A DNA stretch of 60,860 nt, the filler included, from Basidiobolus ranarum (lineage: Eukaryota): assembly GCA_040143965.1 (NCBI GenBank). It is 13 parts of 13 records of this genome, joined end to end, with 100 filler letters (N's around TTAATTAATTAA, not from the genome) between each part and the next. Parts side by side here need not be neighbours in the genome. Positions count along the whole stretch, not along the records: positions 23,491 to 28,083 come from JASJQH010008776.1; positions 28,184 to 32,774 come from JASJQH010008777.1; positions 32,875 to 37,462 come from JASJQH010008778.1; 10 more parts are not named here. The stretch is one strand, 5' to 3'. The position numbers and the translations under genes are program-made. The notes below the pieces were generated by a model, which was not told the DNA's origin, did no database searches, and saw nothing but the letters and a program-made list of their open reading frames with translations. Positions 25,400 through 37,462 of this stretch are shown here, piece after piece. Each line of letters opens with the position of its first letter. Position 1 is the first letter of the stretch.

Positions 25400-27300
25400 A
25401 ACAAGCTCAGATGACAATATTAATTAGATGTACCTAAGATACCATCTTCTTTAGTGTATGTTTTGTGTCCTGTAGTAATACCCAGCTCTTGACACAACCC
25501 AAACATTTAAAGAAGCCTTGCTATTATTGTCACAAAGTTTTGTGATATGAAAGCCAGAGGCTTCAAGGAAAATGTAAATGCAAACATGGTCTCTATACAA
25601 AGCCACTAACTGCACAAATCCTGGTGAGTATCAATAGAAATACACACAGAAAGACAATTCTAGTTTTGCCTACCAAGTCTATTGGCTGTGCTTTACCTCA
25701 GGGCTCTGGCAACACTGTTGAAAGTGAAAATCCCATGGTGTTACCACAGTGATAAGACCAGTATGATGAAGGTAGAAGTGCAGGTTTCAAAGTTACAATG
25801 AAATGCTGCTAGATATTGACCTCTGTTATCCCAGTGCAGAAGATGGTATATCAGAAGGGGATGGAGACAAAGATGACAGTTTTGTTACCAACTTTTTGCT
25901 ATTTGCAAGGATTTGTCCACTTGTAACACTAAGAGTGAAAGAAGCAGCTTGGATTATCAAGGAGCAGAGAGTTCAATCCAATCTAAGCAAACAAATGCTT
26001 ACTGGTTTTCTCAACTTTTACCACAGTAGATTGCCAACTGTTGCTTGTCTCAGACCTGGTACCAGTGCAAAACACTAGTCAAGTATATGACTTTTAATCC
26101 TTCAGTAACTAAACTACCTTCATGTCCAAATGGCTGTTAGCCTTTCCCAGTGTTCTGAATAAACCAGAAGTCATGAATGGCTTTCACACAATTTCAATCA
26201 CTGAATCAGGTAAATATTGTTCATTGTGGTGTACAAAACATTGATACCTTGGCTTAAGGAATGGATGCACATAGTCAAATAAAGTTCATTGATCCAGTAT
26301 CCAAGTACTCACTATGAAACTGACAGTATTGCCAAAATTCTTGAAGGATATCACCACCAATAGGCAAAAAGTTCAGGTTTCTTTGAAAACACATAGGATC
26401 ATGCATTGCATTGGTACTGGATGGTTTCCCACTAAACATGTAGGCTGGCCAACAATGTTAAACAACTCAAATCTTTTTCCTTTTGAATGATATACAATTC
26501 ATAATAATTTGATACTATCCATTATTTCTGGCCCTAAATTACCAATGCTGATAGATAGCTTCTTGGAGCCTTTAATTGTGGAATTTGAAAGGTTATCAAT
26601 TGGGGTACAAATACTCCCATCAATATCCACTCATGTAGGCTTTTATTTGAATGCAAACACTGTGAGAATTGGATTTGTTAATATCTGAGTAGAATATTGA
26701 AAAGATTACTGCCTGACAAAACTGGCAACATTAGGAGTTGTTTGCAAATATTGCTAACATATTCTTCTAGCATCAACTTATAGTTGAAGACTTCAAACAG
26801 ATGCAGTAACTGAATAAAGATTTGGTAATTAGGTATGATAAATTTCATTATAGGTCTAAAGTAAATAGACTGAATCTCTGTTTTTGGGAGTTCTCAATGG
26901 AGTGTATCTGCAGTAAAAAGATGCTACTTGTGAAATCTTTTGGTTTTACCGTATGCTAATCCGATTGACAATTCAGCAGCAAAATCATTGTGAGTGTAGT
27001 GTGATAGGTTAAGGAGACTCCAGACTATATTAACGTTCTAACCAAGGGTGCTTTTCTATGTGATTATGCTCTTTCACATTGTTGGTACACAATAACAACA
27101 ACAAAATTCAATTGATAGACACAAATTAGGGAAATATATCATTTGGAGTACTTTGTTCTTGTAATAATCTGGCAGCATTTTCAGTAAAGCTACAAGACAG
27201 ACTTCTAGGTGAGATAGATCAAGATACCAATTTTATAGTTATAAATGTGAGGTAATCTATTCAGGCATTGCCACATCTAAGTGTGGCAGCACATTTAAAG
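25400..27300 (+). mobile_element. Degenerate CMC/EnSpm transposase
   Basis: LPSCPNGC, IISGPKLP..IDSFLEPL and W.FSMEC motifs; many stops. Confidence 0.8.
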
Positions 27301-27449
27301 TATATTCATATGTAAATACTAAATGCATTGCCCTAACAAAAATAAAAGCAATTTGATCTGGACTGGATCTACCCTTCTGGAGCACAAAGTAATCAGAGAA
27401 CTCTCACAATATTGGTAGCTTGGATTCTGCCAGAGATTTTGCTAACAGT

Positions 27450-28083
27450 AATTATTTATTGTCCAGAAATACAGCATTTTTACATTTTGATGGTATTACA
27501 GAAAAGTAACACTGGGGTTGTGTTTAGAACATCTGTGGGAGTAAAATGAGCTATTTTTGGAGAAATTTTGACAAGTTTGAAATTTCATTATATGGAATTG
27601 CTAATTCTCACATTATACACATATATATATATATAGTATATGTTCCAATTTTCAGCTAAGTGATATTTGACCAAGTAATGTTAACTAACTTATATGTGAT
27701 ATATGAAATAGTTAGGTGTATATAGATAGAGATAACAAATATGATAAAGACAATAAACTTCAACACTCCCACTCAACTAAATATTCATATATCTTAATCC
27801 TAACTTAAATTTTAATTCTTCAAATTTTGGCTTGGGTAATGGTTTGGTAAGGATGTCAGCAATCATGTCCTCAGTTGGACATGCTTATTCTCAACAGCTT
27901 CCCTAACAAAGTGATGTTGAATATCAATGTGCTTACATCTAGCATGAAATTTGGGATTTTTAGCTAAAGAAATGCAACTTTGATTATTCTTGAAATGCAA
28001 CTTTGATTATCCTTGAAAATTATGGGGGGTGAACTTTGAATAATGCCCAAGTCTTTGAACAGCTTCCTTAACCACATAGCTTC
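27450..28083 (-). mobile_element. Copia family D RNase H end, polypurine tract and truncated 3' LTR
   Basis: KHIDIQHHFVRE..MIADILTKPLP; purine-rich GTTGAGTGGGAG precedes TGTTGAAG at 27765; LTR matches 42623-42935. Confidence 0.85.
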
Positions 28084-28183
28084 NNNNNNNNNNNNNNNNN
28101 NNNNNNNNNNNNNNNNNNNNNNNNNNNTTAATTAATTAANNNNNNNNNNNNNNNNNNNNNNNNNNNNNNNNNNNNNNNNNNNN

Positions 28184-28526
28184 CAACTTCATTGATTGCC
28201 TAAAGGTATTCTTGGACGACCCAGAAACTGAGGGTATCATCCTTATTGGTGAAATTGGTGGTTCCGCTGAAGAAGAAGCTGCCGATTATTTGACCCAATA
28301 CAACTTCAGCAAGCCCAACCCTAAGCCCGTAGTCTCTTTCATTGCTGGACTTACTGCTCCTCCTGGCCGTAGAATGGGTCACGCTGGTGCTATCATTGCC
28401 GGTGGCAAGGGAGGTGCCAATGATAAGATTGCTGCCTTAGAAAAGGCAGGAGTTGTTGTATCTAGATCACCCGCCAAGCTTGGTACCCTCATGAAAGAGG
28501 CTATGATCAATGCTGGTAGAGCTTAA
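28184..28526 (+). CDS. LSC1: Succinyl-CoA ligase alpha subunit, 3' part
   Basis: [10 protein letters not shown] and [20 protein letters not shown] (phospho-His motif). Confidence 0.97.
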
Positions 28527-29455
28527 ACGATTTCCCATTTTTAATTCCAAATAACCCGAAAGTAAAGCAAAGAAGGATATCTGATTAGTAAGCAATAATA
28601 ATATCCAATCTTTATGACGATATGAGATTACCCACCTCACCCCACTCGCATACTCCCTACACTCTCAAAATTCAAATGGATGATCAATGATTTACATATC
28701 CAGATTTCTAATTATTTATTGGCATTTAGTATAAATATTTTGCTCATTTTTATCGGGGCATATTGACGAAGATACATTACATCAAAATAAACACTCGTTT
28801 CACTATTTTATAGTCAATAGAAGTGATCATCCAGCAACGGGGTCAGTTGGGTGGAAATCTATGTTCATTACCAGTAGATATTTAAATTAGACCGCTCAAA
28901 AATAGCATCTCTCTAAGCGAAGCTTGTCCCTACGTTCAGGTAATAGCAATTACAGTGGATGCATTTTGGTAAGTTTTTAATTAACATCGTTCTCTTTAAG
29001 ATTTCTACGGTTATGCTATCTTGCCTATGTAGATTGAACTGAGCCCACCTCAGAATAGTAGATGCTGTCAGTACTCAAAGAGGCTCAACCATTGGAGGGT
29101 GAATTATTAGTATTGCAAATAGGAAGCAAACTTTACTACTATTTAACCCTCCAATTTCTGTATCAACAAGCAATATGGAAGTTGGTCTAAATACTTGATG
29201 TACATCCAATGTCTGCTAAAGATCATTAGGTATTTGTGAGAATCTAATAAACAAATCCTGGGAGCACTATTCATCAAATATCTAATATTTCTCAGCATTT
29301 GATGTGAAGTCACGTAGGCAGGGCTTTATCATTTACACTATAAATATTGTGCCTTCGCCCAATATACAATAGCACAATAGGTTGAAACTGCCCAAGCCTG
29401 AAGATGCCCCAAATGGTGTAGCATAAATTGTACCTTACTTATATACAGTACTATA

Positions 29456-29775
29456 TGTTAAAGTATTTGGGAGCCTGTTGGAAGTGGTTTGGAGAATTAG
29501 AGAAATTGGTGGTTTTCACTTATTGATTTATTGAGTATTCAGTTGACATTTATAGTTTTGTCAAGATGTAAACAAACTAACATGTAGAATGTGTTAAGGA
29601 AGGTCCCAGGAACATGTGTGCAAAGTTTGGGGCTTCTTTGAAAAATCTATATATCTGAGAACTTTTAAGTAAATTCCAATTGAGAATAATGGATAATATC
29701 TTAGTGAATTATAAGATGACTGAGTACTAAGCTATATATGCCTATATAGGTGTTTAGGCAATGCTAATTTCAACA
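29456..29775 (-). repeat. Solo LTR, copia family C, with 5-bp target-site duplication CTATA
   Basis: CTATA at 29451-29455 and 29776-29780 flanks TGTT...AACA. Confidence 0.92.
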
Positions 29776-30004
29776 CTATAAGGCAAAATATATTACAAGA
29801 TTCTTTAGAATTGATATTTAAAATCTTTCTCCATTACAAGCATTGTAGAGATGCTTATTTGAAACACTAGGATACCATTAGCGCATGCTACATTTTACCT
29901 GAATAAGCAGTTTATTTCATAAGCTTCTAGCATTCTTTCTATACAACATATCTTTATCAAATAAACAACAACGATTAATAGGGATCACTACAGTTACTCT
30001 GGCT

Positions 30005-30802
30005 CTACATCTTTTTCTTAGCTACTTTAGCACTAAGTTCTCTGGTATACCTCACAAACTCTTCAGGAGAACACTGCCCATCAATAGGCACTTCCTTCGA
30101 CTCTCCTAATTTTTGTTCAATACGCAAAAGTACTGGCATAAGTCCGGCTTTTACTTGATCTAAATAGCTTAGCAGCTCCGAGTTGCGACTCTGCGTTTGC
30201 TTGAACTCCTGTTTTGCCGCTTCTATTTGAACTTGAGATAATTTTGTCCGTCTGCGTAACTCTTCAATTTCTCCCGCTTGTTCTTGGTTTCTATGTTTAG
30301 CTCTCTTATATTCTTGCTCGGAGTCTAAATTATTTGTAACAAGGTATCACTTAACAGAGTACTATTTTAGGGGGAAAGTTGAAGATAAAGCAAGTGAAAT
30401 GTTGGTTTCTTTTCTACCATATTTAGGGTTAAAATGGGGTTAAAATACTTACTTTGATGGTAGAGACGAAATTCCTCCGAAAAGATTGGAAACGATAAGT
30501 TACTAGTTTTCAAGTAAGCCGAGTCTTCATCTGAAAATCAACCAAGTTTATAAGTTAGAGGAATATTATTTATCTCGACTGTTCTCTCTTTCGATTTTTT
30601 TGGTTTTCTTATTCTCTTCAGTGGAATCTTATTGTTGTTGAAATAATTGATTGGACTTACCCGAACTTTCGAAAAGAGATAGATTGACGTTTGATTGTGG
30701 GTAATCCTTTAAAAAAATGTCCTTGGTTAATGTAAGTAATCTTGGAAATTATAAGGGGGACAAAAGTCTAACCTCGTCGGAAACTATAGAAAGGCCGGAC
30801 AT
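30005..30802 (-). CDS. Small spliced coiled-coil protein (about 170 aa, 4-5 exons)
   Basis: GT-AG joins give MSGLSIVSDE-DYPQ...FPIFSEEFRLYHQ-NSEQEYKRAK...KVAKKKM*; last exon open for about 106 codons. Confidence 0.65.
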
Positions 30803-31752
30803 GGATATAGTAGTGGTTTAGTAGATGTAAAGAATATTCGAGTAAATGTAGGTGTAGGTATGGGTGTGGGTAAGTAACAGTGTGACTGTTACGAGCTATT
30901 ATGAGATACTTTAAGATCGATTAAGCTATTTTTCCAAGCTTGACTACTCAAAAGAAGGACTATCTTATTAAGTGACTCAGAATGATGTAATTGATGGAAG
31001 TGGAGGCAGGGGATTTGAAGGGGATCGCAGGATGAGACATAACGGGACGGGACGGGAAGGGAAAGTTCCCAAAAGACAATCATTTCCGAAACACGTGTCT
31101 GATATAATTGGTGTCTTCGATGGTGATGATGTTAAGTCACAAACTAAGTGAATAATAACTAACGTCTACCCCGTCCATATCATCCAATCTCGAGCCCCTG
31201 TAGCATGGGAACTGCCAAGCCTAATATATATAAACAGCTTCCACGAGGTGTCCAATCAGATATTGAGAGTGGAGTGAAGCCTCTTTAAAGCGAAAGATCT
31301 CATCGTTACTTTATCCACAGACAATAAACTGGGCATAAAGAATGATTTCCCTTTTAGATAGTTTCAAGTAATTTGACTTGCTTTCTATAGGGATTATGGT
31401 GCATGGGATTGACAAATTTAATAACAATGGCGATTTCAGAAATGATGCCTTTGCAGGCCCAAGTCACATAATTCACACCAAAATGGCGACATGGATTGCC
31501 ATAGAGAAATCCAAACCCCAGCGTAAACAAATGAGGATGTAATTAATATTCAATTTTCAAAATCAAGATAAATCTGGACACAATAAGTTTATATTTAAAA
31601 TGGGTGCAAATGTGATTAAACTGTCCGATCATTCAAGTTAATAATAATAACTATTCAAAAAATAACTTTCCCGGGACATCTGACATGACTAAATATCTAT
31701 TCAAAACTTGAAGTATATACTATGCTAGGTGCAGCTTTCTATATCCAACTAT

Positions 31753-32774
31753 TTAAATGGGTATGGGGTAGGTGGCGTTGGTGCGGTCGATCTCAAGGAA
31801 GGTTGGTGTACGACGAATACGTAATGCTGATTCCAAGGCATAAGCATATCCCATCAATTTGGCCTCAGTCCAGGCGGTACCCACAAACATAATGCCATAG
31901 GGAACACCATTTTCATCTATACCAACTGGTGTGGTGATGGCTGGATATCCCGCAACAGAGTGAGGTTGACTGGCTGCAGAGGCTTGATCTCCTGGTAACA
32001 AAAGAGCATCCAATTTCCACTTCTTCAGAGCGTAGTCAATACCCAATTGACGTGAATTCTTAAGATTAGTGGCCAAAGCTTGTTGATAAGCCTCGTCACG
32101 TCCATTGGTCTTCTGAGATTCAATGAGAATATCTTGACCAAAGTATTGCATCTCAGTATCCTTATGAGCCTCATTATAATCAATGATGTCTTGAAGAGTG
32201 CGAACTGGGGAGGTGATAAGTTCAGAAAGGTATTTGTTCAAGTCTTCTTTGAAATCTACCTTGGAGACCAAGAATTCATTGGGCATCCATGACCAATAAG
32301 TGGTGGCAATTTCTTCGATTTTGGGTAAGTTGGTATTGTTGACGATGGTAGCTCCAAGTGATTGTAAGATTTTGATGGTTTTCTTGAATGTGGGCATCAT
32401 AGGAACAGTAGTCTCTGCTTCCCAAAGGATTTTGTGGGGAATACCAATACGAACACCTCTAAGTGCCCCTTTGGTGAGAAACTTAGTGTAATCATCAGTG
32501 TGGCCTTCTTGGCTCTTGGTGATTTCATCACGTTCATCTATACCAGCGATTGCGTTGAGGACATAAGCAGCATCCCTGACACTCTTAGCGAGAACACCAA
32601 CAGTATCTTGAGATGAAGATAGAGGGATAACACCATTACGTGAAGTTAAGCCGCGAGTAGGACGAATACCTGCCAGCATATTACGATTTCCTGGAGAAGT
32701 AACGGAACCGTCAGTATCCGTTCCAAGTGCGACAGTTACAAGGTTGGCACCGGGGGCCGAATTTGGAATCGTAT
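31753..32774 (-). CDS. Amidase-signature family enzyme, 5' truncated
   Basis: ALGTDTDGSVTSP, GIRPTRGLTSRNGVIP..QDTVG, AGYPAITTPVG, PYGIMF. Confidence 0.93.
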
Positions 32775-33645
32775 NNNNNNNNNNNNNNNNNNNNNNNNNN
32801 NNNNNNNNNNNNNNNNNNTTAATTAATTAANNNNNNNNNNNNNNNNNNNNNNNNNNNNNNNNNNNNNNNNNNNNATTAATTATCCAACACCTTCCCTTAA
32901 TTCTTATTCAGCATTGTGCTTATATTCACTAATGCCTATTCCTGCTCTTAACTTCTCAAAGCTTGAAGTTTTGAGTGGTTTTGTTGGGGGATATGTTGCT
33001 TTCTTGTTTCTGATATATGTATCATAACTAAAGTTAACTAAGATGTTGAATAAAGATTTACTATCCAACAATATAAAACTTAATATAAATTTTGGACAAT
33101 TGTGTCAAAAACACCAGTTGGGCTTCATATCACTATGTTAATAGCATTGGTATTAGAGAACAAGAGAAGGAGGCAACACAGCAACTTAGCATGTATGTTA
33201 CATACATCATTATCTTGAGTATATGATGCCAGACAGCTACATGAAATGTAGAAGCAGGAATCAGGATTGAAATATATTCATATAGTAATTATTTTGAGTT
33301 TGTGGGTGAAATTAAATTTGAAGCTAGATTAGGCTTGAGACGTACAGTCAATCATTCTAAGCACATTGATATGTAAGCAAATAGAATGACTATGTTACAA
33401 GTATGAAATACGAGGATATACAGGGATTTACTAATTTGCGGATATCAATCTCTAAGCAGAATACAGGCAATACTTCTAAAGGCATCAAAATAATACTAGT
33501 AGAAACAGGACACAAAAAAGGATCGAATCAGTAAATAGGATCAATACACTAGAAAATTTATGCTAAATTCTAGCACTATCACATCAAAAATCAATTTACC
33601 GAATTCTTGGTTATCTTCATAATCTCGTTTAAGATTCTATCATAT

Positions 33646-34033
33646 TCATGGACTCCGGAAGTACCTCAAACCGGTTCCGACATTTCCACGCGAGTTCTGG
33701 TTTGGGACTAACTCTGCTGGTACTGGACTTGGTATTTTACGCTTAGCTACCAATGTTGTAACTTCATGTGGCTTTACCACACGATTATCGGGATTTTTTG
33801 CGTGGTTACTGGTATATGAACAAGTGATTTGATGATTTTGGTACCTCCTATACCACCTTCCTAGGTCCGATTGGACAGGTGACGATGGCTGAGCGCTTGA
33901 TCGTTCAAAAAAGATGTTGGCAGATCCCAGGGAAAATTGCACTATTGGTGAGGATTGTTCTAAATTTCTTAGGTAATCTAAACCAGATTGGTGCAGCTTG
34001 TAATGGCGAACTTCTTCAAGGACGATTATCTCT
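33646..34033 (-). CDS. Hypothetical ORF/exon downstream of the epimerase
   Basis: About 128 open codons, CpG retained; no recognisable motif and no clear start. Confidence 0.25.
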
Positions 34034-34265
34034 TAAATCATTGGATAGTGGCGTTTTTATCACTACCAAAAATTACCACATCTGGGGAAGAGTACATTTG
34101 GTGGGTAAAGGATGATTTTGAATGCAGTAATAGTAATTCAATAAAAGAACAGATGTCATTTAATATGTACTTTACTTTTGATTTTATAATTAACAAATCT
34201 ATTGGGAGTAAGATTTTATGGAATGGAAATGTAATGGGTGAAATTCAAGGAGAAATGGTACAAAT

Positions 34266-35423
34266 TTAACCAGAAGTTTGCCACCATTCTTGACGAATAG
34301 GTGAAACTCCTGCTTTAATCATAGCTTGTTCTCTCTCTACTTCGATATCGGATTTGAACCCATTAGGGTTCAATTTTTGCCAACGCCAGAGATCATCACA
34401 CATATCTTGAAGTCCATATTTGGCTGTCCATTTCAATTCTTTGGCCGCTAAACTGGCATCTGCTACGACGGTTCCAACATCTCCAGGTCTACGTTCAACG
34501 ATTTTGTAAGGTACTTCATGTCCAGCTACCTTAGACATAGCCTTGGTCATATCGAGGACAGAGTATCCGTTACCAGTACCTAGGTTATAGATGACACAGC
34601 CTGGGTTGGCAGTTAAACGCTCCAAAGCGGCAATATGACCTAATGCTAAATCCACTACATGAATGTAATCACGTACACCGGTACCATCAGGTGTATCGTA
34701 ATCGTCACCGAATACCTTCAAATAAGGTAAACGACCTACAGCCACTTGGGAAATATAGGGCATAAGGTTATTGGGAATACCCGAGGGATCTTCACCAATT
34801 CTACCACTACGATGAGCTCCTACGGGGTTGAAGTAACGAAGTAATGCTGCGTTGAAGGTAGAATCCGCGTTACAAGTATCGGTGATAATCTCTTCGACAT
34901 AAAGCTTGGTACGACCGTAGGCATTAGTGCATCCCACCTTGCATCCTTCGTGGATAGGGTTTACTTCTGGGTCACCATAGACGGTAGCAGAAGATGAGAA
35001 AACGATATTTTTTACGTTGAACTCCTTCATCAAACTCAATAACACCAAGGTAGATACGAGATTGTTATGATAGTAAGTTAAAGGAATAATAGATGATTCA
35101 CCAACAGCTTTGTATCCGGCGAAATGAATGACGGCGGAGAAATTATACTTTTCGAAAACCTTCTTGAAGTTCTCTCTGTCACAACAATCAACCTTGTGGA
35201 AAGGAATATCTTGACCGACAATTTCTTCTACTCGACGTAAAGATTCGGAAGAGGAATTGCATAAGTTATCTACCACTACCACCTTGTAATTACGTTGAAG
35301 CATCTCTAAAACGGTGTGACTACCGATGTAACCCGCACCACCTGTGACCAAAACGTAGCCTTGTTCCTCAGCACTCATTCTGTTGATTTGTTTTCCAGGT
35401 GAAGTTGAATTTAATTTGACCAT
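34266..35423 (-). CDS. GAL10: UDP-glucose 4-epimerase (no mutarotase fusion; start may be Met at 35378)
   Basis: [53 protein letters not shown]; intronless. Confidence 0.97.
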   Translation of the reverse strand: MVKLNSTSPGKQINRMSAEEQGYVLVTGGAGYIGSHTVLEMLQRNYKVVVVDNLCNSSSESLRRVEEIVGQDIPFHKVDCCDRENFKKVFEKYNFSAVIHFAGYKAVGESSIIPLTYYHNNLVSTLVLLSLMKEFNVKNIVFSSSATVYGDPEVNPIHEGCKVGCTNAYGRTKLYVEEIITDTCNADSTFNAALLRYFNPVGAHRSGRIGEDPSGIPNNLMPYISQVAVGRLPYLKVFGDDYDTPDGTGVRDYIHVVDLALGHIAALERLTANPGCVIYNLGTGNGYSVLDMTKAMSKVAGHEVPYKIVERRPGDVGTVVADASLAAKELKWTAKYGLQDMCDDLWRWQKLNPNGFKSDIEVEREQAMIKAGVSPIRQEWWQTSG

Positions 35424-36529
35424 CCGAAGCAGGGAGAGCGATATTTATATGATGGGAGAATTAGTTAAATGGCACTTGGGTCCGAACATGTAACATTAAA
35501 CCTGGGAAAAAGTGGGCTATCTTCATATCCGTGGTTCTTAATCGGGAATGGGCCATATATGGAACTCAGCGATGGGGAATACTCAGAGTCATCAGTGGCT
35601 TGCTTACTTATGGAACTATCATTTTTCATCCATTGCCATATGAGGACAGTCAGGAATCTAAGGCTCTGCCAAAGAACAAATTAATCGCCTGGAAAGCGTT
35701 CCATAGGTAAAGTGAACTTCTGAACTTGACAGAAAAGGCAACAGTTAAATCAAGTAGCATCTTGTCAATAATACAATATAGATGCTGACTATAATTAGTG
35801 GCCTATAGATTTCAAAAAATCCTCGATAAATGAACGTGTGAGAAACGGACTGGATCGGGATCGGGATTCTGTAGCCTAGTTCAGGTGACTAGTTGGTGTT
35901 ATGTAACCATTCTAATAGGCATCCACTCCATGTTTATTGTGTCCTTTTCTGGATTTACCTAGATTCATCTGGGTAAGAAGTGATCAGCTAAGTGGCACGT
36001 AGAGCACGTAGAGCACGTATAACACGTATATGTATATATATAGGTGCGGGATTACAATATTAGGGCGCCCATATTAGGGTGCTCGTATTAGGCTTCATGT
36101 TGGAAGCGTCGCATTAGGGCTAATTTGTTCCAAGCTTGTTCACAATTTGAATACAAATGCTCTTCACTATGTCACGAGAACCACTAAGCAGGGGTCAGAT
36201 TGACTGACAACTCGTACTCCTCCCAGTATTGATATTACCGTAGTATTGAACGTAATATAAGGATTTACTCTGGCTTAATGGGGAATATGTACATGATTGG
36301 CTGACTGAGAACCGATTTCCCTATTTCGGAATGTGAAAGAAGAGCTTGTAGTCATCAGCCAAGTTACAAAATTTGTATTCTTTCTTACCCTCTGATACCC
36401 AGAAACAGCCACTAAAAAGCCTCAAATACTCACTTCAACATCCTCCCACCGATTGAATTCTTATAAAAATCTCGGTGAGTGACTCGAGGAAAGTTAAAAT
36501 CCAATTTCCCACTCATCTATCCAACCGTT
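35424..36529. promoter_or_regulatory. Putative bidirectional promoter between epimerase and galactokinase
   Basis: Divergent starts; TATA-like elements near both genes (35443-35449 minus, 36462-36468 plus); tandem CACGTA and TATTAGG motifs. Confidence 0.65.
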
Positions 36530-37462
36530 ATGACCCAAGATTGTGTTCCAGTTGCTCACTCAATCGCCGACATCTACGCTCAGACAAGAGTTGAGCATGA
36601 AGTGTAAGCGCAAGTATTGTTACATTCGATAGAATCTCACTTACTAACCATAGTTATAATAGTACCCGTTACCGCTCATTGATTGACAGCTTCAAGGCCA
36701 CCTACGGATTCGAACCGGAGTTTGTCGCTCGCTCTCCAGGTCGTGTCAACATTATTGGTGAGCACATTGATTACGCCGGATTCCCTGTTCTGCCTATGGC
36801 AGTTGATAGAGACTGTTTGATTGCCGTGGCTACCACTTCTCAGGACAGTAAAGTGCGTATAGCCAACGCCAACCCCAAGTTCTCTCCTAGAGAATTCACT
36901 TTCGTCGATAAGGAGACGATCATTGATATCGATGACACTATCCATGAATGGACCAACTATTTCAAGGCAGGCTATAAAGGTATGCTTGAAACTCTGAAGC
37001 TCGATAAGCCAAAGGGTATGTTCTGCTTAATGGATGGTTCTGTTCCTTCTGGCGCAGGAATGTCAAGTTCCTCTGCTTTTGTGTGCACCTCTTCTATTGC
37101 CACCATGATGGCTAACGAGCAAAATTTAAGCAAGAACGATATTGTGCAAATTGCCATCGCATCTGAACGCTATGTCGGTACTAATGGAGGTGGAATGGAC
37201 CAAACCGCTTCAGTGATGTCCAACGCTGATTCAGCTACCTTCATTGAATTCCAACCTAAATTCCGCACCACTGCGGTGAAATTCCCTATCACAAAACCTG
37301 CCATTTCCTTTGTCGTTGCTAACACCTTGGTTACCGCTGATAAAGTGGTTTCTGGACCTGTATGCTATAACTTACGTGTGGTTGAGACCAAAGTTGGCGC
37401 CAAGTTGTTGGCAAAAGCCTTGAATCTTGAATACCAGAAACTCGACACCTTTAAGGAAGTTA
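36530..37462 (+). CDS. GAL1: Galactokinase (intron 36604-36662), 3' truncated
   Basis: RSPGRVNIIGEHIDY signature, WTNYFK, VPSGAGMSSSSA GHMP loop, GGMDQ, YNLRVVE. Confidence 0.95.

Noticed and set aside
27450-27765. Two independent LTR insertions at the same target site in contigs 6 and 10
   Set aside because: The TSD at 42553/42936 shows the shared flank is part of the LTR itself
33646-34033. Possible GAL7 completing the GAL cluster
   Set aside because: No HPHxQ or other uridylyltransferase motif in the open frame
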